From IMG/VR virus record IMGVR_UViG_3300044724_009660, positions 1 through 25,706 of that record: a stretch of 25,706 nt of DNA; one strand, written 5' to 3'. Made by a program: the position numbers and the translations under genes. Shown in pieces: positions 16,508 to 24,300 of this stretch. The notes beneath the pieces were generated by a model. It saw only the letters and a program-made list of their open reading frames with translations, ran no database searches and was not told the origin of the DNA. Numbering within the stretch: position 1 is the stretch's first letter; each line of letters opens with the position of its first letter. The stretch comes from a virus (lineage: Duplodnaviria > Caudoviricetes).

Positions 16508-16509
16508 TT

Positions 16510-16896
16510 ATGCCAATGTATATATTCCAACATCCCAAAACAGAAGAGTATACAGAAGTTTTTTTCGGCATGAACGATGAAAAGAAATACACAGATGATG
16601 ACGGCACTGAATGGAAGAGGGTCTATACTACCTCCCAATTGTCAGTTGATGCCAAAGTCGACCCATGGGACAATGCGGATTTCGTCAACAAGACAGGCAA
16701 TAAAAAAGGCACAGTCGGAGACATGTTAAACCTAAGCAGTGAACTTTCAGAGAAAAGAGCTAAAGAAAGCGGGGGAGTAGATCCACTCAAGAAAAAATAT
16801 TACGACAACTACTCGAAACAAAGAGGCGGAGCGAAACACATGGACCAAATGAAAAAAACATACGAAGATAAAAATATAAAAATCGATTTCTCATGA
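16510..16896 (+). CDS. FmdB-like putative regulatory protein lacking the Zn-ribbon cysteines
   Basis: MPMYIFQHPKTEEYTEVFFGMND...WKRVY follows the FmdB pattern MPxYxYxCxxCGxxFE...MSD...RV. Confidence 0.6.
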   Translation: MPMYIFQHPKTEEYTEVFFGMNDEKKYTDDDGTEWKRVYTTSQLSVDAKVDPWDNADFVNKTGNKKGTVGDMLNLSSELSEKRAKESGGVDPLKKKYYDNYSKQRGGAKHMDQMKKTYEDKNIKIDFS

Positions 16897-17456
16897 GCAT
16901 ACAAATATATAAACCCAATAAAGCAAACAACGGATTTGCATTCAATTTCTCGATAGGTATCGACAAAAAGAACAACGAGCCAGTATTATACATATCTGCA
17001 ATCGCCCAGTATTCCTGGGACGACAACAAAAGACTCGGCTCCTTTATGGAGAACAAAGAGAATCCCGATAAAAATATTAATTTAAAATTTAATGAATTTG
17101 AATGTGGGTCAATCATTGACTGCCTAAACAGAAGGTACGAATACAGTACATTCCACCAATTCGAAAAGAACAAAACCACTATCAAATTTTCTCCCTGGGA
17201 CAAGCCGGTTAAATCCAAAAAGTTTAATTCAGCTAAAAAGTCCTACGAAGAGTACGAATTTATCTCGCCTTGCTTCGGCCTGTCAATTACCAAGAATGGA
17301 AATAATACATTCAAAATTCCACTCGAACCAGGGGAGGTAACATGTTTAAAAGAGTATATTAGATCAGTCATTAAGTCAATCTACTCGCAAAGAAACAGGA
17401 ACAGATTAAAAGATTACTATAGTTCTCAGTCAGGCAATGAAAATTGTCCTATATGA
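16893..17456 (+). CDS. Whirly/PC4-fold-like ssDNA-binding protein
   Basis: Two beta-sheet/helix repeats. The motifs IYK, KNINLKFNEFECGSII, STFHQ, TIKFSP, FGLSI and IPLEPGEVTCL occur in the same order as plant Whirly motifs (recalled). Confidence 0.6.
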   Translation: MSIQIYKPNKANNGFAFNFSIGIDKKNNEPVLYISAIAQYSWDDNKRLGSFMENKENPDKNINLKFNEFECGSIIDCLNRRYEYSTFHQFEKNKTTIKFSPWDKPVKSKKFNSAKKSYEEYEFISPCFGLSITKNGNNTFKIPLEPGEVTCLKEYIRSVIKSIYSQRNRNRLKDYYSSQSGNENCPI

Positions 17457-19366
17457 ATAAAAAGAAAAAATTAAAAGTTTTATTCCATAGTAATTATAGT
17501 AAAGCCTACACAGGCTTTGGTAAAAACTCAAGGAACATACTTAAACACCTATTTAATACAGGTAAATATGAAATTATAGAAGCAGCGAACGGCTTCTCTA
17601 AATCCGTCCCATCTTTGAAAAAGATGCCCTGGACATGTATAGGCACAATGCCTAACGATCCAGCAAAAGTCAAGGCCATCAAGCAGGACCCCAATCTGCA
17701 TAGATCAGCACAGTACGGTGCAGAGCTTATCGATGATATTATATCCGACCACAAACCAGATGTATACATAGGGGCAGAAGACATATGGGCTTTCAGGAAT
17801 TTCTGGTCAAAGAAATGGTGGTCTAATATAAATTGTATGATCTGGACAACCCTAGACTCGGAGCCCATCCTACCTCTCGCACTTGAAGCTGCTAAAAAAG
17901 TAGACAACTATTATGTTTGGTCTTCATTTGCCGAACGAGAGATGGGTAAACTTGGACACGATCACATACAAACACTGCACGGTGCAGTAGATACAGAAAA
18001 CTTCTTTAAAATGACCGACGAATACAAGGGTCATTTAAGAAAAAGGTTTGCTATAGACAGTGACGAATTCATTATTGGTTTCGTTTTCAGAAACCAACTA
18101 AGAAAAAGTGTGCCAAACTTAATTGATGGTTATCGCCTGTTTAAGCAAGAGAATCCACAAGCCAAAGCAAAACTCTTACTGCATACATCTTGGGCAGAAG
18201 GATGGGATATACCAAGACTACTAAAAGAAAAAGGTATACCTCTATCAGATGTGCTTACTACATACTATTGCAGTAACTGTAAAAATTATCATGTAGCACA
18301 ATTTTTCGGAGAGTCACAGAACTGTCCTTACTGTAAATCACCCAAGACCTTCACCACAACAAACACCAAAGATGGAGTCAGTGAGTTCCAGCTTAATGAA
18401 GTTTATAATCTCATGGATGTTTACTGTCATCCGTTTACCAGCGGCGGGCAAGAGCTTCCATTACAAGAAGCAAAATTATGCGAACTAATCACACTAACAA
18501 CCAACTATTCTTGCGGTGAAGATTCGTGCTGTGAAGGCAGTGGTGGCTTACCGCTTGACTGGAATGAGTACAGGGAACCCGGAACACAATTCATTAAGGC
18601 CAGCACCGATCCTAAATCTATATGCAATCAAATATCTACTGTCTATGAAATGTCCAAAGAAGAGAGGGCTGAAACCGGCAAGGAAGCCCGAGATTATGTT
18701 GTTTCAAACTATTCCATAGAAGTTATTGGTAAAAAAATAGAATCAATTCTAGACGGCTTCAAGAAGGTTAAATGGGATTTTGACTTAACAGAGGAAGAAA
18801 GAGATCCAGAATATATTCCGCCAGCAATCGAGAAAGATGAAGATTGGTTAATGGATGTATATAAAAATGCCTTAAAGGTTGATGTTGACGAAGAAAACGA
18901 AGGATTAAAATACTGGGTCCAACAATTACAGTCACAGAAATCAAGAGAAGAGGTTCTTAAGCATTTCCACAAGATAGCTCAGAAAGAAAATAACGAAAAC
19001 ACCTCTGTTGATATCGCTGAAAAACTAGACGGAGATGACCCAAGCAAGAGAATCATTATAGTTGCCGAAGAAGGCTCTGAGGATATTATATTAATCAATA
19101 GTTTCCTAGAAAACCTCCACAATTTATACAAAGACTGCGATATTTATGTAGCAACCAACCCAGTATACTTTCAATTAATTGAGGACAACCCATATTGCCA
19201 CAAGGTCTTACCCTACACAAAAGATATGGAAAACAATCTATTACTAGAAGGGCATAGTTCCCACGAGGGTTACTTCAAGATAGCACTATACCCTACTTCG
19301 TCCACACAAAAGCTAAGTAATTATTTCCACAACGGTCAAGACAGGAATGTCTTTAATATATTATGA
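17453..19366 (+). CDS. Multidomain glycosyltransferase: GT4-like with Zn-ribbon insert, DUF4214-like helical domain and GT9 N-terminal half
   Basis: KVLFHSN...TGFG, KPDV, HGAVD, RNQLRKS, CSNC...CPYC, YNLMDVYCHP.TSGGQELPLQEA; VYKNAL...EGLKYWVQQL...SREEV; RIIIV...SEDIILINSFLENL...IYVATNP...LIEDNPY. Start ATG 17453 (ATGA overlap) is preferred to TTG 17444. Confidence 0.8.
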   Translation: MNKKKKLKVLFHSNYSKAYTGFGKNSRNILKHLFNTGKYEIIEAANGFSKSVPSLKKMPWTCIGTMPNDPAKVKAIKQDPNLHRSAQYGAELIDDIISDHKPDVYIGAEDIWAFRNFWSKKWWSNINCMIWTTLDSEPILPLALEAAKKVDNYYVWSSFAEREMGKLGHDHIQTLHGAVDTENFFKMTDEYKGHLRKRFAIDSDEFIIGFVFRNQLRKSVPNLIDGYRLFKQENPQAKAKLLLHTSWAEGWDIPRLLKEKGIPLSDVLTTYYCSNCKNYHVAQFFGESQNCPYCKSPKTFTTTNTKDGVSEFQLNEVYNLMDVYCHPFTSGGQELPLQEAKLCELITLTTNYSCGEDSCCEGSGGLPLDWNEYREPGTQFIKASTDPKSICNQISTVYEMSKEERAETGKEARDYVVSNYSIEVIGKKIESILDGFKKVKWDFDLTEEERDPEYIPPAIEKDEDWLMDVYKNALKVDVDEENEGLKYWVQQLQSQKSREEVLKHFHKIAQKENNENTSVDIAEKLDGDDPSKRIIIVAEEGSEDIILINSFLENLHNLYKDCDIYVATNPVYFQLIEDNPYCHKVLPYTKDMENNLLLEGHSSHEGYFKIALYPTSSTQKLSNYFHNGQDRNVFNIL

Positions 19367-20544
19367 GCCACATTATAGAGGAATACAGTAAAGCACTTGG
19401 TGTGAAACCAGGCAAACCTGTACTTGATGAACACTTCTTCCCCATTGCATGCGATAAGTACATCACCACAGATTTTGACATATCAGATGGGTCAGATAAA
19501 TACAGTCACTGGATTAATGTCATAGATAAAATTAAAAAATTCTATCCTGATTTAAAAGTTATAGATATTACTAGTGGTAGGTCTAAAGCTGCTGACTATG
19601 CCAACTTGTGTTGCATGGATAATTGCACATACAAGCAAATTTGTTATATAATATCCAAGTCTTCTGTTCATTTATGCAATAACTTATACTCCTCTCACAT
19701 AGCTTCTCATTATAATGTTCCTGTTGTGTGTTTGTTTGGCTCCCTATTACCTGAGAATAATAAGCCGATTTTTTCTGAGAATATAGACTGCCTTACTCCT
19801 GATACAGATTTAAAGCCTAGTTTCTCCACATATGATCCACATCAGATCATTGATTTAATCAAGCCTGAAGATGTCGCTCAAAGAGTTATGCATCATCTAT
19901 CAATAGATAATGACCTTTCTGATTACAAGACACTGCATATTGGCCCATACTTCCACAACAAAGTGCTTGAGGTTGTCCCCGACTTTAGTCCCGACACCCA
20001 CTATGCCCCAAAAAGAATAATCAATTTAAGGTGCGACTATGCCCCTAGTAATGAATTTGTAGAGGACTGGCTGAAGTACAAATGCAACCTTATGATAGAT
20101 AGGGCACTCGACCCCGAAATTATAAAGAAACATATCCACAACATCTCTGGCATGACAATATTCTGTGGCGACAAAACAATCAACACAGCATACATAAGAT
20201 CACTAGAGATATACAATATAAAATTCAACCTAATATACAAAAAGAAAATAGGAATAAATAAAATAAGATTAAAATTTTTCGATTGGATTGTTGATGAATA
20301 TATAATCAAAACCAAAAAAGATCTTGACTTTATAGATGAACTATGCGATAATTCATTCTATGATTCGAATAAAAAACTCATCTCTCAAGGCAGAGAGTTC
20401 AGTAGTAAAGCTCACTGGAAATATAGAAACAGTGAAGAATCATGCAGTGAAATTATTGACGAACCAGAATTCTGGGAAGAAATAGAACACATGTACATCT
20501 ATAATTATGACAGAAAAAACAAAGATTCAAGAAAAACTAGCTAA
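19363..20544 (+). CDS. Protein with a GT9 (heptosyltransferase-like) C-terminal half at its N-terminus plus an unknown domain
   Basis: HIIEEY...L, KYIT, KYSHW, TYKQICYIISKSSVHLCNNLYSSHIASHYNVPVVCLFG...P and IKPEDV; ATGA-coupled to the upstream gene. Confidence 0.7.
   Translation: MSHIIEEYSKALGVKPGKPVLDEHFFPIACDKYITTDFDISDGSDKYSHWINVIDKIKKFYPDLKVIDITSGRSKAADYANLCCMDNCTYKQICYIISKSSVHLCNNLYSSHIASHYNVPVVCLFGSLLPENNKPIFSENIDCLTPDTDLKPSFSTYDPHQIIDLIKPEDVAQRVMHHLSIDNDLSDYKTLHIGPYFHNKVLEVVPDFSPDTHYAPKRIINLRCDYAPSNEFVEDWLKYKCNLMIDRALDPEIIKKHIHNISGMTIFCGDKTINTAYIRSLEIYNIKFNLIYKKKIGINKIRLKFFDWIVDEYIIKTKKDLDFIDELCDNSFYDSNKKLISQGREFSSKAHWKYRNSEESCSEIIDEPEFWEEIEHMYIYNYDRKNKDSRKTS
20324..20352 (+). promoter_or_regulatory. 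Internal sigma70-type promoter TTGACT-N17-GATAAT with TGn extension
   Basis: -35 at 20324-20329, TG at 20344-20345 and -10 at 20347-20352; about 150 nt upstream of the annealase-like gene. Confidence 0.55.
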
Positions 20545-21322
20545 ATCTAAAGTTAAACAAGCTAATAACAAGGGGCCCGCAATTTATCAAAGGGATGATA
20601 ACGGTTTGCTTTGCAATACTCAATACGAGTTCAACGATGACGGCTCCATCAACTGGAGAGCCATGATTAAGGAGGAGCATCTGTTCCCTAATAAGTCTTG
20701 GTTTGAGTCGAGAGGTAAAGATTGCCCACGAACCATAGAGGGCCTCGCTGACCACCAACTTCTAATCAAACTAGCAGGTATCAAAGAGCTTGCAAAACTT
20801 AGAGGCTTTAAAGATGTAAGCTACGAAACAGTAAAATGCGATGAAGGTCATGTAGCAGTTTGTTGCAATATTACATTTATACCCAACTACGAGACGGGCT
20901 CCGAACCTGTTACATTTCAAGACATGGCTAACGCCACCTTAAACAACACAAGCAGCTTTGCGACTAAATTTCTAGAGACTATAGCTTGCAATAGAGCATT
21001 TGTTAGATGTGTTAGAAACTTTCTTAATGTCCATATCGTTGGTGACGACGAGATAGATAAATCCTCACCAAACTCTAGACCCACAAATAAAGGTGGCTCA
21101 GTACAAACTAATCCGTTTAGCCCCTCTACTACATTACGGAAGAAAGCTGAGTCATCACTTGGGTGCAACTCGTTTGAAGACTTTAAGGGCCACATCAGAA
21201 ATTGGTGGAGAGATAAAGTTGACGGCATTTATCAAAACGATAGTATATCAAACTGGACTTCATGGGAAGACATCTCTGAAAAAGATGCCAGAATGCTTAT
21301 AGGTATTATCTCTAATCAATAG
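20507..21322 (+). CDS. Putative single-strand annealing protein (Rad52/Sak-like fold)
   Basis: LIKLAGIKELA...three beta-strands...DMANA...ETIACNRAFVRCVRNFLNVHIVGDDEID resembles the A-x-T-R-A-x-x-R-A-L-R...EE helix of Rad52-like annealases; flexible C-terminal tail. Confidence 0.55.
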   Translation: MTEKTKIQEKLAKSKVKQANNKGPAIYQRDDNGLLCNTQYEFNDDGSINWRAMIKEEHLFPNKSWFESRGKDCPRTIEGLADHQLLIKLAGIKELAKLRGFKDVSYETVKCDEGHVAVCCNITFIPNYETGSEPVTFQDMANATLNNTSSFATKFLETIACNRAFVRCVRNFLNVHIVGDDEIDKSSPNSRPTNKGGSVQTNPFSPSTTLRKKAESSLGCNSFEDFKGHIRNWWRDKVDGIYQNDSISNWTSWEDISEKDARMLIGIISNQ

Positions 21323-24300
21323 ATTAAGAATACATCAGCTCTGACCCTTGATTTGTCGTATACTTCTGAAAGTATGTATTCATGTAAATACATTTGGTCA
21401 GCATATCTTCTATCTAATTGCTCCCTTCTTACCTCAAACACTCCTAAAACTTCATAGCCAAAATAATATACTATCTTAAAGTAAGGTGGCAATTCTTCTG
21501 TATAAAAAGCCATCTTAATAGTTTGTTGTATAACTCCTCCCGATTCATCCAGAACTTCTTGAAAATCTAGCTCTATATTATCTTTTTGATCCTCTATTCT
21601 TCTTTCTGTAAATATTACAGGTGATACTGGGTTTTCTAATTTTAGATTTTCTTCTATCTCTCTGAATTTTTCTGGGTTATATTGAGATGCTTCTATTTTG
21701 TATGTCGTATTGGATTCTTCTACAATATTCAATACCCTATATGTCTTAGGTTTTGCCAAGTTAACCGCATCCTCTATAATAAAAGACTTATTTACAATGT
21801 CTCTATATCTAGTTAGAGTTAATTCTTCATCTAATTTTCTTTCTAGAAGATAACCATGTTTTTGGTTAGGCCCTATTGATATCCATTTAGCATGTTTGTT
21901 ATTATTTAAAGAACCTTTTATCGCTAAAAACCCACCATGCTCTACTTGATTCAACGAGTTTACTTGATTAGATGCTTCTGATTCTGTTGGGTGCTGAGAT
22001 ACTACATTACCTTCTGCATCCTTAATAAGATAAACTTCTCCATCTTGTTCAACTGTATACCTCAAATTATCCAACTGATTTACATTAGATGGGACTGGAT
22101 CTGTACTAAAGAAATCTAAATCCTCAGAACTAGACTCGAACCCTGAGTATTCAGGCATCCAATTAAAATATGTAATCTCTGGATTTACTGACTTAGGAAG
22201 CAACCATTCGTAGCCAAGTATATCAGAGTTATCATTATCAAAGCCACCCATCCATGCAACAACATCATCGTCTTGAGGCATAGCTATTTTTGATATATAA
22301 CTTTCAGTATCAGAAGTTATCGACGCAAGCTCCCCTCCTCTAAATTGTGCATCCTTTATTGCTTCCTTGAATGTAAATTCGCCTGGAATATATTCATATA
22401 TATTAGCTATTACAGTAAGTTTTTCCTTATTCTCAGATAGCCCTACAACCCTTAACTCTGTAAACTGAGTTTTTCTCATGTTAGATATGGTATCATCATC
22501 AGCTTCACCAAGAACTGCAACAAGATCTAAAGATTGCATCGTCTCATACTCTGACAAATCGTATACTTTTATATTTTTCCAGGAGGAGTCTTCAGCTGGA
22601 TTTATATAAGATGGTATAGGGTAATCAATATATATATTCATCAACTTGCCACCTTCTTCAAATCTAACATTTTTAATTTTTCCAGAAAATCTTCCAACAG
22701 TTCTCTTGTTATCTAAAACTTCTATAATATCACCCGGTCTTAAATAAGCACCCACTGTATCAGTTTTAAACTGCACCATTTCTGTTTCTAAATTATCTGT
22801 TTTAGTTATAAACTGAGCGGCCCTTTTAGCTTGACCTCTAGAGGTTATACCAAATCCATCTATATTTTGGTCATTAATATTGTTCTGTATGACAAATTCT
22901 CTTTCTTCCGAAACTTCTATCTTGGGTTTAAACTCATTAAATTTATCAAGGAATCTCATTTTGCAAATATTATTCCTTTCCACTTTAGATGTGCTCTTAT
23001 AAGAAAACCCCTCCTTTGATATATTAGTATTGTTGAAAAACATTAAAGCTTCCTTCTCTTGGTCTTGAAAAAAGTTAACCGCCCCTGCAGACCAATATAT
23101 ATAAGTTCTAAAAATAGCAGCAAACTCATTTATGATCTTAAATGCATTTTGTTCTTGCATGATTAATGCGTTGACAGTATATCTAGGTTCCACTATAGGG
23201 TGATCAAACTCAGTGACACAATAACCAGCTTCATACTGAACTTCTTCATCTAATTGTAATGCAAAAACAGAGTCCCCTCCTTCTAGGCTAGTAAAGTATT
23301 CCCTATATACTCTAACTATTTTTCTTCTGTCATATTTATTGTTTTCTTCAAAAAAGCCACCATTATTATCTGCATAATACATCGCTATACTGGTTTGTAT
23401 ATTACCTAATTCTTGCAGGAAAGTAATAAAATTATTATTAAAATCGGATGGCTCAAATATTATTACAGTTTTATCATTAAGGGGGCTAATCTTAAAAAAT
23501 CTTTTTTGATATTTCGGGGTGTATCCAGTTGGGATGAACTCGTCACAGTATTTAGCAACCTTATACAATGTCCACTTATCTATATTTTCATATTTAATTC
23601 CGAATTTCCCACCACCATAAGACTTATTAGACATCAAATCATGCAAACACCAAGCCGGATTATCAGCCCATGATTTCTCTTCTTCGGGCACATATCCAGT
23701 ATCAAAATCTTCCCCCTTAAATAAGCCATTCCAATTACCCCTATAAACCTTTGTCTCAGGATTGTAATTAGATGGTATAGCTACTTTTTTCATCTTGATA
23801 TGATATTTTCTATTTGGCACACTACTGCCTATATCCCTAGCATTAACTCTTGTACCAACCACAACAGAGTTTGGGTAATTAAGTCTTGTAGGAGTTATTT
23901 CCGTAATCGAACTTAATAACATTTTCTGCTTATATCTGTAGACTTGCTCTCCTTCTTCAACAGGGTTGCGCTCTCTGTTGAGCCTGTAGACCTTAATGAT
24001 CCTATCTTTATTATTAGGGTTTGGGGGTAAAAATATTTTCACATCCTTCCTATATGAAGATGTTACTATTCCATAGAAATAAACATCAGTGCTGTATAGT
24101 TCCTCTCCAACATTTCCATACCTAATTCTAAACTTCGCCCTATTTGGCCACAACTCTCCAGAATTTTCTATCCTGGTTCCTATTTTAAATTTAGTTGATT
24201 TGCTACCTATCAAGGCTGCACCAATACCAATTATAGCAATCAAACCGACAAACGCAAAAAAGCCAAAATTGAATACCGGAATAATTACAGCTATACCAAA

